A DNA stretch of 64,000 nucleotides from Candidatus Krumholzibacteriota bacterium (GTDB lineage Bacteria > Krumholzibacteriota > Krumholzibacteriia > JAJRXK01), in NCBI GenBank assembly GCA_963764625.1, contig CAVXTH010000006.1, positions 138,029-202,028 of the forward strand. The letters are read 5' to 3'. The translations under genes and the position numbers were made by a program. Under the pieces are notes generated by a model. That model made no database searches and was not told where the DNA came from. It saw nothing but the letters and a program-made list of their open reading frames with translations. Below are positions 38,055 through 48,406 of the stretch, in pieces (the first letter of the stretch is position 1; every line of letters starts with the position of its first letter).

Positions 38055-38997
38055 TCAGGCAGGACCCGCCCGCTCAGGGCGGGCGGTGAGCTGCCACTGT
38101 GCGCCGTCCTCATCGTAGAGGACGGCGCCTTCGTCGAGGGTCTTTTCGACCACGGCCAGCGCGATTCTGCCGCTCTCCATCCGAATGCAGCGCCGTTCGC
38201 ACCAGCTGACCGCAGGCACGGCGGTCCCGACGCAGCTCTCCTTCGGTGCGCGCGGTAGCCACTCCACTCAGGATGGCGGGAGTGCGGCGCACCTTGTCGT
38301 AGTTCTTCAGACGGGCCACGACCTCCTGGCCGATGTAGCACCCTTTGTCCCAGGACACGATTTCCCCCAAACCCACCTCGAGGGGATGAAACCGCTCGTC
38401 CAGGTCGAGACCGGGCCGAAAGCGACCGCGCAGGATTTGCGCGAGCTGAAAGCTCCCCTCCTCCAACGGCAGCGCTCCCGCGTCGACGAGGCGTTGCGAG
38501 AGCTCATCCCCGGCCGGGCACGTGAGGTGCAGCACCGCTTCCCCTTCTTCGCTGAAGATGATTCGTTCTTGCGTGCGCAGGAACGAGCCGGGGGCCGGCG
38601 GCTCGATCTGAAGTGCGCGGGCGAGGACTTCGGCCGAGTCCGCGCCGTGGAGACTCAGAGCGTGGGAGGATTCGTCTCGGAACAGCTCCACGTCCTCGGT
38701 GATGATGAACGACTCGAGCCACTGCTGGAGCAGGGCGCCATGCCCTTCTCCCGCCAGAAGGAAGACCTCGCCGTCTTTCTTCGCTCCGAGCGCGAGATCG
38801 ACGATGCGTCCCTTGGCATTGGTGAACAGGGACCAGAAGCTCAGTCCGTCTTCTTGGCGGACGAACTCCGAGGCGGCGATTCTCTGCAAAAGATCGACGG
38901 AATCAGGGCCTCGCAAACGCAGGAGACGCCCTGTCCCGGCCTTCTTGAAGAGGACGGAGCCGGGACGGTCGGCAGGAGGGGAGACACGGTGGTTCAT
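38055..38997 (-). CDS. ygfZ: YgfZ / GcvT-like folate-binding protein (Fe-S cluster repair family), frame-disrupted near the 3' end
   Basis: ...SWDKGCYIGQEVVARLKNYDKVRR... carries the diagnostic KGCY-GQE motif. The 38110-38997 frame degrades into an Arg-rich tail. The protein-like C-terminus (...MESGRIALAVVEKTLDEGAVLYDEDGAQWQL...) is in another frame (38055-38267). The frame switch is near ~38165-38200. Confidence 0.65.
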
Positions 38998-39164
38998 GGG
39001 CTACATCATTAGAGGCCTGGGCCCCATTCTGCCACCTCGCGCCAAGGGGCCTCGGGTGGGAACTCCCGGGGTTGAGGAAGCTCCCGGGGGGAAGCGGGGC
39101 CGCCTTGCCATGCCGTGGGACCACGGTATCTTGAACCACAACATTGCTCTCAAAGGGAATCTCC

Positions 39165-40328
39165 ATGGCGCGCGTGTATCTCGATCATCATGCCACGACT
39201 CCAGTCGACCCACGGGTCGAGGAGGCCATGGCCCCCTATTGGGGCCAAGCCTTTGGAAACGCCGCCAGCGCGCACATCTTCGGTTGGGAAGCCGCCGAGG
39301 CGGTGGAAAATGCGCGCGCGCAGATCGCGGCGTCGATCGCTTGCAAGCCGAGCGAAATTGTCTTCACCAGCGGGGCCACCGAGGCGGACAATCTCGCCAT
39401 TCTGGGAAGCGCCCCGGGCCTGGAGCGCCGGGGACGGCATTTCGTGACGAGTGCGATCGAACATCCAGCCGTGCTCGATGCCCTGAGGCACCTCAAAGCT
39501 CAGGGCGCCGAGCTGAGCATCCTTCCCGTCGATTCGGGAGGAAGGGTGCGAGTGGACGAGCTGAAGGCGGCCCTGCGGAACGACACGGTTCTGTGCAGCG
39601 TGATGTGGGCGAACAACGAAATCGGGACCATTCAGCCGGTGGAGGAAATTTCCGCCGCGTGCCGTGAACGGGGCGTGTTGTTTCATACCGACGCCGTTCA
39701 GGCGGTGGGCCGAATCCCGATGGCGATCGACTCGATCGACATGCTCTCGTTGACCGCGCACAAGATCTACGGGCCCAAGGGAATCGGAGCGCTGATCGTG
39801 CGCCGTCGCACGCCGCGGATCCACCTTCAGCCGCTTCTGTTCGGCGGAGGGCACCAGGATGGACTCCGTTCTGGCACCCTTCCCGTCGCTCTCATCGTGG
39901 GCCTGGGTGAAGCCTGCGCGCTCGCCGCAAGCGAACGCGAGCAGCGAGCGCGGCATGTCCAAGAGCTACGGGACCATCTCTTGCATCGCTTGCAGGCAGA
40001 GATCGAGGACCTCACGGTCAACGGAACTCTACGCGAGCGGCTTCCGGGGAACTTGAACGTGTGTATTCAAGGGGTGGAGGCGGAAGCCTTGCTCCTGGAA
40101 CTGCGCGAGGTCGCGGCCAGTACGGGGTCGGCCTGTTCCTCGGCCGAACACAATCCAAGCTCGGTTCTCTTGGGTCTAGGGCTGAGTCCGGATGAAGCTC
40201 ATGCCAGCATTCGCTTCGGAGTTGGGAAAGACAACACACTGGAAGAGATCGACACGGTGTGCGACGCAATAGTGAAGAAAGTGGAAGTGCTTCGTTCGTT
40301 TTCACGGCACGATAGCCGTGAGCGTTGA
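39165..40328 (+). CDS. iscS: Cysteine desulfurase (IscS/NifS family)
   Basis: MARVYLDHHATTPVDPRV..., ...TGSACSSAEHNPSSVLLGLG... (active-site Cys loop), PLP-fold length. Confidence 0.85.
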   Translation: MARVYLDHHATTPVDPRVEEAMAPYWGQAFGNAASAHIFGWEAAEAVENARAQIAASIACKPSEIVFTSGATEADNLAILGSAPGLERRGRHFVTSAIEHPAVLDALRHLKAQGAELSILPVDSGGRVRVDELKAALRNDTVLCSVMWANNEIGTIQPVEEISAACRERGVLFHTDAVQAVGRIPMAIDSIDMLSLTAHKIYGPKGIGALIVRRRTPRIHLQPLLFGGGHQDGLRSGTLPVALIVGLGEACALAASEREQRARHVQELRDHLLHRLQAEIEDLTVNGTLRERLPGNLNVCIQGVEAEALLLELREVAASTGSACSSAEHNPSSVLLGLGLSPDEAHASIRFGVGKDNTLEEIDTVCDAIVKKVEVLRSFSRHDSRER

Positions 40329-40353
40329 GCGAGTAACTCGCGGAGGAGAAGTC

Positions 40354-40689
40354 ATGGTTCATATCACCGACGGGGCCGCGAAGGCCATTCGCACCAATCT
40401 GACCGAGGAAAACCGCGATCCCGCCACCAACTATCTGCGGGTGGCGGTACAGGGTGGCGGCTGTTCCGGTTTGAGCTACAAGCTCGCGTGGGAGGATTCC
40501 CTGCGTGAAGGCGACGAGGTATTCTCGCACGAAGGGGAAGGAGTGAAGATCGTGGTGGACAACAAGAGTCTGCTCTTCATCCACGGTCTCACGCTAGACT
40601 TCTCGGGTGGACTCAATGGCAAGGGATTCGTCTTCGAAAATCCCAACGCCACCGGCACCTGCGGCTGCGGCTCCTCGTTCAAGGTGTGA
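40354..40689 (+). CDS. iscA: Fe-S cluster insertion protein (HesB/IscA/ErpA family)
   Basis: 111 aa with ...LRVAVQGGGCSGLSY... and C-terminal ...GTCGCGSSF, the three conserved Cys residues. Confidence 0.85.
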   Translation: MVHITDGAAKAIRTNLTEENRDPATNYLRVAVQGGGCSGLSYKLAWEDSLREGDEVFSHEGEGVKIVVDNKSLLFIHGLTLDFSGGLNGKGFVFENPNATGTCGCGSSFKV

Positions 40690-40840
40690 GCTTCCATACT
40701 CCCACGAAGTTTCGGTCCCTTCCCTCACGGAGCAAATGCTTGCCAGCGCATCTTCAAAATGAAACAATGCCCGTCGATTTCCAGACGACGGGGATTTCAG
40801 TTCTACGGTGGAGTCGGGGAGCGACTCAGAGAGGGTATCC

Positions 40841-42350
40841 ATGCATTTCAGCGTGAAAAAAGAGAGTCTCGAGGATGCGCGCGCGGAGGTTTTGATCGTT
40901 GGGGTGAATTCGGGCGGAAAGCGCTTACGAGGAGCGGTAGCCGGGCTCGATCGGCGCACTAGCGGAGCGTTGAGCAAGGCGATGGAGGTGAGCGGTTTCA
41001 GCGGGGAACTCAAGGAAGTCGCGTTCGCACCCGCGCCCCGCACTGGTGCCAAGAAGATTCTCCTCTTGGGCCTGGGAGAGATGCAGGACCTCGACGTCGC
41101 CGCCTTGAAGGACGCAATGGGAAGCGCCGCTTCCGCCTGCCAGAAGCAGGGCATCAAGTCTGCGGCGGTGCTGGTCCCCACCTCGCGCTCCACTCACGTG
41201 CGGGATGCGGCGGAAGCGACCTGTCGCGGGCTCCTCTTGGCGAGCTACGATCCCGGTCTCTACAAGACCGAGGAGAAGGAGCGCAAGAAAGCGGCGCTCA
41301 GTCGCGTGACTCTTCTTTGCGATGCCAAGAACGCGGATACCGAACTGAAAGCGGGAGCCGCGCGCGGAAACGCGATGGCGGCCGGAGTGTTGTTTACCCG
41401 CGATCTCGTGAACCGTCCCTCTAACGAACTCACTCCGCGTATGCTCGCGAAGGAGGCCAAGAGCCTGGCTCGCTCTCCGCTGGTAAAGTGTAGAGTCTTC
41501 GGGCCGGCGGAATGCGAACGCAAGGGCATGGGAGGACTGCTCGGAGTCGGACAGGGCAGCGCGGAACCAGTGCAGTTCATCTCCCTCGAGTACAAACCGG
41601 CACGCCTGCCGAAGAAAGCCCCCAAAATCGCCATCGTGGGCAAGGGAATCACTTTCGACACCGGTGGAATCAGCCTCAAACCTTCTGCCAACATGGACCA
41701 GATGAAGTTCGACATGGGAGGCGCGGGAGCCGTTCTCGGTGCGTTCAAGATCCTCTCGCTCTTGAAGCCCGCAGTGCACGTTTTGGGTTACGTGGCAGCC
41801 GCGGAGAACATGCCGGGGGGAAAGGCGATCAAGCCGGGCGATCTGCTCCGTATGATGAGCGGCCTCACGGTCGAGGTAAACAACACCGATGCAGAGGGCC
41901 GTCTGGTGCTGGCGGATGCTCTTCACTACGCGAAACTGCAAAAGCCCGATTTCATCGTGGATGCCGCCACCCTGACCGGCGCATGCATGGTAGCGTTGGG
42001 TGAGTACGCCTGCGGACTCATGAGCGAGGACGACGAACTGGTGCGCCTCATCGAAGAGGCCTCCAAGCTCGCTGGTGACCCGGTTTGGCGGCTGCCTCTG
42101 AGCGAATTGCATCGCACCAAGATGAAGGGTCACGTCGCCGACCTGAAGAACACCGGCTCCAGAGATGGCGGCGCCTCGACGGCGGCCGGTTTCTTGAGTT
42201 TCTTCGCTACGAGGAGCGCGCTGGGCGCATTTGGATATCGCAGGGATGGTCTGGGCGGAAGAGAATCGCCCTACCGAGCCCAAAGGCGCCACCGGCTTTG
42301 GAGCCTGTCTCTTTTACTGTATCGCCGAGGCCGCGGCGAAGAGCACCTAG
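40841..42350 (+). CDS. pepA: Leucyl aminopeptidase (M17), frame-disrupted ~42195-42215
   Basis: ...NTDAEGRLVLADALHYA... is the M17 signature. After ...AAGFLSFFAT the ORF frame becomes garbage and runs on to 42379. The expected C-terminus WAHLDIAGMVWAEENRPTEPKGATGFGA...* is in the +1 frame, ending at TAG 42348-42350. Confidence 0.7.
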
Positions 42351-42375
42351 GGCGCCCACACAGAAAGATGAACCC

Positions 42376-43129
42376 ATGACATCATGCAGGCCGAGACCGA
42401 AGCGGATGGGCCTCGTGCTCTTCCTTTGCCTCACCCTGGCGGCGTCGATTCTCAGCGCGAACGCGGAACCTCTCAAGAAGGTGAAGACTCCGGAGCCCCC
42501 CAAAGAAGCCAAGGAGGGAGCCCAGCGAGTGTTGGCGAAGGCACAAGCCGCGACGCACGTGAGCGCGCGCGCGCTCAGCCGCGTCATCGTGGGACGGGCC
42601 GTGTGCAACGGTCCGGACGGGTCGTACAGGACCGATATCAGTTCTCCGCCGGGGGAACGGCTTTGGTTCCGTCAGGTCCATCCCGGGAAGAAGGCCTTCG
42701 AAGCGCTCATCACTGCCGATGGGGCCTGGTCCATCAAGTCCGACGGTTCGCGAAGCCCCTTGAACTATCGTCGGACTCTCATGGTCAAAAGCCACGACTT
42801 CCAGCGCATCGCCCTCGATCCCGAGAGTTTCGTCTCGAATCTTGGCCTCATCGGAACGAAGGATTTCCAAGGGCTGAAGAGCGAGCAGCTCTCGGGGTTC
42901 ACGGAGGACGGCACCAAGATCGAGCTGTACTACGATCTCAAGAGCGGCCTTCCTCTCGGCTTCAAGATGATGAACCCGCTCGCAGGCCGGTGCCATCGTC
43001 ACCATCATCTTCCAGGAGTGGAAGGATGTGGAGGGAGTGCTCATGCCCTCGAAAGTAATCGCGTCCGACTCGCAAGGAAAGTTCTACCTGTCGTTCGAGG
43101 GGCTGTTCTTCGATGACGTATCGCCCTGA
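42376..43129 (+). CDS. Secreted hypothetical protein, frame-disrupted at a CCC run near ~42983
   Basis: Signal peptide MGLVLFLCLTLAASILSANA. The body is protein-like up to ...GFKMMNP. A protein-like continuation ...QAGAIVTIIFQEWKDVEGVLMPSKVIASDSQGKFYLSFEGLFFDDVSP* is in the +1 frame. Confidence 0.45.
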
Positions 43130-43165
43130 GCAAGGGTCGTCCATCGGGGTTCGAATGCTACCGGC

Positions 43166-44038
43166 CTAGGTGCGGCGGGAATCCGGATCGAAGGCGTCGC
43201 GCAGACCATCTCCCAGGAAATTCAGCGCGAGCAGTGTCACGCCCAAAAAGAGTCCGGGAAACAGAATCAACCACCAGTTCGTGTTGAGGGCGTTGATCGC
43301 CGTGGCTCCCTCGTTGGCGAGGCTTCCCCACGAAGCGTCGGGAGCTTGGACTCCGAGCCCGAGGAAAGAGAGGAACGCCTCCTCGAGCATGACGGCGGGG
43401 ACGGTGAGAGTCGCGTAGACCAAAATGGGGCCGAGCATGTTGGGAAGCAGATGCCGCAGAAAGATGCGGTTCCGCGGCACACCCAGCGCGATCGAGGCTT
43501 CGATGAACTCGCTCGAACGCAGACTCTTCAATTCCCCCCGTACGATGCGGCTCATGGTGAGCCACTGGACGGCGCCCAGAGCCAAGAACAACAGCAGCAG
43601 GCTCTGTCCGAAGAAGGCGACCAAGAGGATCACGAAGAACATGAACGGCAGCGAGTAGAGCAGATCGACGAAGCGCATCATGACCTCGTCGGTCTTTCCT
43701 CCTTGCCAGCCCGCCACCATGCCCCAGCTCACTCCGATGAGCAGGCTCACCAGGGTGGCCACCACGCCCACCGCCAAACTGATGCGTCCGCCTCGCATCA
43801 CCCGAGTCAACAGATCGCGGCCTACCGCATCGGTTCCGAAGGGATGCTGCCAGCTCGGAGCCTGGAGTTGATGGGGGAGATCCTGCCGATCGTAGGAATA
43901 GGGACTCAGAGCGGGTCCGGCCAGGGCGAGGACCACCATCGCGACCAACACCCAGAGACTGACCACTGCCACCTTGTGACGCCTCAAACGCCGCCAGGCC
44001 TCCTGAAAGGGAGAGCGGATGAGGTCGCGCTCGTTCAC
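43166..44038 (-). CDS. oppC: Oligopeptide/dipeptide ABC transporter permease (OppC/DppC type)
   Basis: N-terminal OppC-type leader region, six TM segments, and the EAA-loop region ...AIDALGA... expected of type-1 ABC permeases. Confidence 0.8.
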   Translation of the reverse strand: MNERDLIRSPFQEAWRRLRRHKVAVVSLWVLVAMVVLALAGPALSPYSYDRQDLPHQLQAPSWQHPFGTDAVGRDLLTRVMRGGRISLAVGVVATLVSLLIGVSWGMVAGWQGGKTDEVMMRFVDLLYSLPFMFFVILLVAFFGQSLLLLFLALGAVQWLTMSRIVRGELKSLRSSEFIEASIALGVPRNRIFLRHLLPNMLGPILVYATLTVPAVMLEEAFLSFLGLGVQAPDASWGSLANEGATAINALNTNWWLILFPGLFLGVTLLALNFLGDGLRDAFDPDSRRT

Positions 44039-44952
44039 TTCAATTCCACCCTAGGATCGAGAACCGAGTAGAGCAGATCGACGAGGAGATTGAGTCCGAT
44101 GAGCAAAGTGCTGTAGAGAAGCACCGTGCCCATGGCCAGGGTGTAGTCACGGTTGAGTGCCGAGTTGACGAAGAAGGTCCCCAACCCCGGGATGCTGAAG
44201 ATCTTCTCGACGACGACGCTTCCCACCAGAATGGAGGCGGTGGCCGGGCCGAGATAGCTGAGCACCGGCAGGATGGCCACGCGCAGAGCGTGTTTGGTCA
44301 TGACCACCGGTTCGGTGAGTCCTTTTGCCCGGGCGGTTCGGATGAAGTCGCGCGAGAGCACTTCGATCATGCCCACGCGGGTCAGACGCGCGATGTAAGC
44401 TCCGCGAATCGCCCCCAGAGTGATCGCCGGCAGCACCAGCTGCGAAGGAGTCCCGAATCCTCCCACCGGAAGCCAACCGAGCTGAAAGACGAAGAGCAAC
44501 ACCAGCAACGGTCCGAGCACGAAGTTCGGAATGCAGATGCCAAGGAGCGCGAAGCCGGTGGCGAAATGATCGGGCCATCTGTTGCGGTGGACCGCGGCGA
44601 GTACCCCCAGGGGAATGCCGGTGAACAGAGCGATCAAGAGAGCGCAGAGTCCGAGAGTGAGGGAAACCGGAAGCGCCTGCGAGATGATCTCGCGCACCGA
44701 CCAGCCAGGATAGCGAAACGAGGGCCCCAGGTCGCCTCGCACAAGTCCTTTTCCGTAGAGCCAGAGCTGCTCGGGGAGGGGCCGATCGAGACCGTAGCGC
44801 GCCTGTATCTGCGCCTTGACCGTGGGGTCGAGCGCACGCTCCATATCGAAGGGGCCGCCGGGGGCCAGCCGCATGAAGAAGAAGCTGACCACGATGATGG
44901 CCAAGAACAAGGGCACGAGCGAAAGCAGTCGTCGCGTGAGATACTGCATCAT
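44035..44952 (-). CDS. oppB: Oligopeptide ABC transporter permease (OppB/DppB type)
   Basis: MMQYLTRRLLSLVPLFLAIIVVSFFFMRLAPGGPF... is the classic OppB N-terminus. Overlaps both neighbours by 4 nt. Confidence 0.8.
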   Translation of the reverse strand: MMQYLTRRLLSLVPLFLAIIVVSFFFMRLAPGGPFDMERALDPTVKAQIQARYGLDRPLPEQLWLYGKGLVRGDLGPSFRYPGWSVREIISQALPVSLTLGLCALLIALFTGIPLGVLAAVHRNRWPDHFATGFALLGICIPNFVLGPLLVLLFVFQLGWLPVGGFGTPSQLVLPAITLGAIRGAYIARLTRVGMIEVLSRDFIRTARAKGLTEPVVMTKHALRVAILPVLSYLGPATASILVGSVVVEKIFSIPGLGTFFVNSALNRDYTLAMGTVLLYSTLLIGLNLLVDLLYSVLDPRVELK

Positions 44953-46511
44953 GGCTGCTTCCTCGTGCGCGCGAGGTGTTTGAGCTGCACCGTGTTCAAA
45001 AGATTGGGCTTCAGGCCGCTCCATATACTGGAGTCGTAGAGATCGGTGACGACGTAGTAGTAGAGCGGCACAATGATGCACTCCTCTTGGGTGACGATTC
45101 TCTCGCACTCCTGGAGAATCGCCATCCTCCGCTGGGGATCGAGTTCGTTGGCGGCCGCATTCAAAAGGCTATCGTAGCGGGTCGAGGCAAAACCGGTGCG
45201 GTTGTTTCCGTTTCCCGAACTCCAGATCGAGAGAAAGGTGTTCGGGTCGAGATAGTCGCCGATCCATCCTCCGCGGGCGATCTGAAAGTCCGTGGAGCGG
45301 GTTTTCGCCATGAACACCTTCCACTCCATGTTTCGCAGCTCCACCTGTACTCCCAGCTCGCGCTTCCACTGTTGCTGCAGGACCACCGCGATCTGCCGGT
45401 GCGCCTCACTGGTGTTGTAGAGGTAGGTCACCACGGGAAAGCCCTTGCCTCCGGGATACCCGGCCTCGGCCAGAAGCTCTCGGGCGCGATCGGGCTGGTA
45501 GGTTTGCAGCTGCACTTCGTGGTAGCCGGGCAACCCGGGCGGGACGAGGCTGTGGGCGGGGATCTGTCCTCCCCGGGTGACGTGCTGCGTGATCGCGCGG
45601 GCGTCCACCGCCAGGGCAAAGGCCTTTCGCACGCGGCGATCGTTCATGGGCTCCTGGTTTACCCCGAAGCGGAGGAAGTAGGTGTTGAGATAGGGACCCT
45701 GATGGAAATCCGGACGAGACGAAAGCTGACGCACGACGGTCGGGGGAACTCCCTCCGAGTCGACCCAATCGAGCTCTCCACTCTCGTAGCGGTTGAAGTT
45801 GCTGTTCACGTCTTCGCCGTGCATGACGTCGACGATCTTCAAACCCACGTGTCTAAGATCCCAGTAGCGCGGGTTGCGACGAAGCCGGACCCGGCGGTTG
45901 ATTTCCCATTTGTCGATGCAGTACGGACCATTGCTCACGATGAACTGGGCGTGTGTCCATCGATCGCCATGCGCCTCGATCACCCACGAGGGTACGGGGT
46001 ACAGGGGATAGTACGCGCAGAGGTCGAGGAAGTAGGCGACCGGGTGGGAGAGCTGCACCACAAAAGTCGTGTCGTCGGGGCACGCCATGCCCAGAGTCGA
46101 GGGATCGCTCGTTTCTTTCGAGTGGAAGCGCCGTGCGCCCACGAGAGGGTAGAGGAGGTCGGCATAGGGCGCGGCCGTGCTGGGGGTCAATAGCCGCGTC
46201 CAGGCGTATTGAAAGTCTCGGCTGCGCACCGGCTTGCCGTCGCTCCAGCGTGCGTCGCCCCGCAGATGAAAAAGATAGAGAGTTCCGGTCGCGTCGACCT
46301 CCCAGCTCCGGGCGACTCCGGGTCTCGGGGCCAGGGTGAGAGGATCACGCGTACAGAGTCCCTCGAATGCGTTGCTCAGGATCCGTCCGCCGGGCTGGGC
46401 GCTGCAGAGTCCCGGATCGAGACTCTCCGGTTCTCTACCCAGCATGGTGAAATCCGCCGCATCCTCCCTGAGTCCGCAGCCCCAGAGCACCACGACGGAA
46501 AGGATGAGCAT
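44949..46511 (-). CDS. oppA: Oligopeptide ABC substrate-binding lipoprotein (family 5 SBP)
   Basis: MLILSVVVLWGC lipobox. 520-aa SBP_bac_5-like body. The longer listed ORF (to 47087) is upstream run-on. Confidence 0.75.
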   Translation of the reverse strand: MLILSVVVLWGCGLREDAADFTMLGREPESLDPGLCSAQPGGRILSNAFEGLCTRDPLTLAPRPGVARSWEVDATGTLYLFHLRGDARWSDGKPVRSRDFQYAWTRLLTPSTAAPYADLLYPLVGARRFHSKETSDPSTLGMACPDDTTFVVQLSHPVAYFLDLCAYYPLYPVPSWVIEAHGDRWTHAQFIVSNGPYCIDKWEINRRVRLRRNPRYWDLRHVGLKIVDVMHGEDVNSNFNRYESGELDWVDSEGVPPTVVRQLSSRPDFHQGPYLNTYFLRFGVNQEPMNDRRVRKAFALAVDARAITQHVTRGGQIPAHSLVPPGLPGYHEVQLQTYQPDRARELLAEAGYPGGKGFPVVTYLYNTSEAHRQIAVVLQQQWKRELGVQVELRNMEWKVFMAKTRSTDFQIARGGWIGDYLDPNTFLSIWSSGNGNNRTGFASTRYDSLLNAAANELDPQRRMAILQECERIVTQEECIIVPLYYYVVTDLYDSSIWSGLKPNLLNTVQLKHLARTRKQP

Positions 46512-46724
46512 TCCCCTTCGAGCCCAGATTCGTTGCAGCCACCGGAAGGCCACGCGTTCCGCCCTTTCGCATGAGTGGGGCGGGGTGATTGTAAGGGTTT
46601 CCCCTTCGCGGTCCAGACCTGAAGCGAGTCGCCCGTGAAGTGTTCTCGCGCCACGGGGCCCTAGAGTGTATAAGAGAGAGGACGCCCCGGACTTTCCACT
46701 ACGCCCCCGGAGATCCTGGCATTC

Positions 46725-48155
46725 ATGAACGATCTGCCGCTCTTCGCCACCACCTCCCCACAAGACGACGCCACGTGGTCGGTGACGCGCCTGAACGAGG
46801 CGATTTCGCACGCGCTTTCCGAACGCTTCCCCCAGGAGATCTGGGTACGCGGGGAGATCCAGGGGCTCGCGCGTACGCGAATGCGCAAGCACTGGTATTT
46901 CGAATTGGTAGAAAAGGAAGAGTTCGGCGATGGAGTGAAGGGAAAGCTCTCGGTGGCGCTTCTCTCGTGGAATCGGGGACCGGTAGACCGGACCATCACG
47001 AGCTCGCCGGGCTTTGGTCTCGATGACGACATCGAGGTCCGGATTCGCGGCCGGGTCGATTTCTATCCACCGTTCGGAAAACTCCAATTCATGATGACCG
47101 GGGTGGATCCGGCGTTCACGCTGGGACAGTTGGCCTTGCAGCGCGAGCGGGTGCTGCGGGCCCTCAGCGCGGAAGGTCTGCTCAGGGCCAATGCCTCACG
47201 GACGATGCCCCTGGTTCCGGCGCGGATCGGACTCATAACCAGCGTGGGTAGCGCGGCCTACAATGATTTCGTCAACGAGCTGCAACAAGGTGGATTCGGC
47301 CACGTGCTCATGGTGGCGGACGCGCGCGTTCAGGGAATCGAGGCCGAACGCACTCTGCTCGCCGCGCTGGCCACGCTTCGCAAGCTCGATCTCGATTTGA
47401 TCGCCATCGTGAGGGGAGGGGGCAGCCAGAGCGACCTGGCGGCGTTTGACAGCGAAGCCCTGGCCCGCGCGATCTGCAAGATGCCCATTCCGGTACTCAC
47501 CGGAATTGGTCACGAGATCGACACTTCGGTGGCGGATCACGTGGCGCACACCGCGTACAAGACACCTACCGCATGCGCTGCCGCTCTGGTCTCGATGACG
47601 GCCAACTTTGTCGATCTGCTGCAAGAGCGCGTCGGCGAGATCATTCAGCTCGCGGAAAAGAGAACCGCCATGGAGCATCATCGTCTGATGATGGGGGCGC
47701 AGGTGGCGAGTTCCCGCGCCAAGGCGCTCATCGTCTCCGCAGGGCGCGATCTGTCGGAGGCCGAGAGAAATCTCATTCGGGAGACGCCGCGGGCGGTTGT
47801 GCTCGCCAGTTCCAGGCTCGAGCGCATCGCCGGCGAGCTTCGCGGGGCGGGACGCCTGGTTCTGCATCGAGCCGATCAAACTCTGAAGACGTCGCGCGCC
47901 CACTTGAGCCTCCCTCGGCTTCGAACTCTGCTGCACCGCCGCGAGGAGAAGCTCAACGCGCACCAAACTCGGGTGCGGCTTCTGGATCCCCGCAAAGTCC
48001 TCGCGAGGGGATACAGTATCGCTCGCGGCCCGACCGGTACCGTCGTGCGCCGCGCGGAGGACCTGAAGCGCGGGGACCTCATGATCACGCAATTGGCTCT
48101 GGGAAGGGTGAAGAGCAAAGTCGAGGAATGCCAAAAGGAGAACGAAAACCCATGA
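46725..48155 (+). CDS. xseA: Exodeoxyribonuclease VII large subunit
   Basis: ...VTRLNEAISHALSERFPQEIWVRGEIQG... OB-fold N-terminus, 476 aa. Followed by xseB with an ATGA overlap. Confidence 0.85.
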   Translation: MNDLPLFATTSPQDDATWSVTRLNEAISHALSERFPQEIWVRGEIQGLARTRMRKHWYFELVEKEEFGDGVKGKLSVALLSWNRGPVDRTITSSPGFGLDDDIEVRIRGRVDFYPPFGKLQFMMTGVDPAFTLGQLALQRERVLRALSAEGLLRANASRTMPLVPARIGLITSVGSAAYNDFVNELQQGGFGHVLMVADARVQGIEAERTLLAALATLRKLDLDLIAIVRGGGSQSDLAAFDSEALARAICKMPIPVLTGIGHEIDTSVADHVAHTAYKTPTACAAALVSMTANFVDLLQERVGEIIQLAEKRTAMEHHRLMMGAQVASSRAKALIVSAGRDLSEAERNLIRETPRAVVLASSRLERIAGELRGAGRLVLHRADQTLKTSRAHLSLPRLRTLLHRREEKLNAHQTRVRLLDPRKVLARGYSIARGPTGTVVRRAEDLKRGDLMITQLALGRVKSKVEECQKENENP

Positions 48156-48406
48156 ATGCGAAGAAGGCCCAGACCAAAGCGCCACGCTACGCCGAAGCCA
48201 TGGAGGAGTTGGAGACCATTCTCGCGCAACTCGAGGAGGAATCGGTGGATGTGGACGAGCTCACGGCCAAGGTGAAACGGGCCAGCGAACTGATCCAGTT
48301 CTGCCGAGACCGGCTGAGCAATACGCGACTGGAGATCGAGCAGGTCGTGGCCGAACTGCAGGCGGTCGAGAAAGAAGAGAACTCGGAGGACGAAGAGCGA
48401 TCGTGA
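48152..48406 (+). CDS. xseB: Exodeoxyribonuclease VII small subunit
   Basis: 84 aa. ...YAEAMEELETILAQLEEESVDVDELTAKVKRASELIQFCRDRLS... is typical of XseB. Confidence 0.8.
   Translation: MNAKKAQTKAPRYAEAMEELETILAQLEEESVDVDELTAKVKRASELIQFCRDRLSNTRLEIEQVVAELQAVEKEENSEDEERS

Noticed and set aside
38060-38092. GC-rich palindrome CCGCCCGCTCAGGGCGGGCGG between the DUF4340 gene and the ygfZ 3' end, possible bidirectional terminator
   Set aside because: No flanking T/A runs. It lies inside the probable ygfZ C-terminal coding sequence, so a terminator call is not supportable from sequence alone.
40771-40800. Hairpin CCCGTCG-N9-CGACGGG downstream of iscA as a possible terminator
   Set aside because: The stem is followed by GATTTCAGTTCT, not a clean U-tract, and pepA follows in the same orientation. 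Weak; not called.
46512-47087. Upstream 192 codons of the 712-aa minus-strand ORF (oppA region), overlapping xseA
   Set aside because: Run-on upstream of the lipoprotein start MLILSVVVLWGC at 46511, with no protein-like features. xseA on the plus strand is well supported there.
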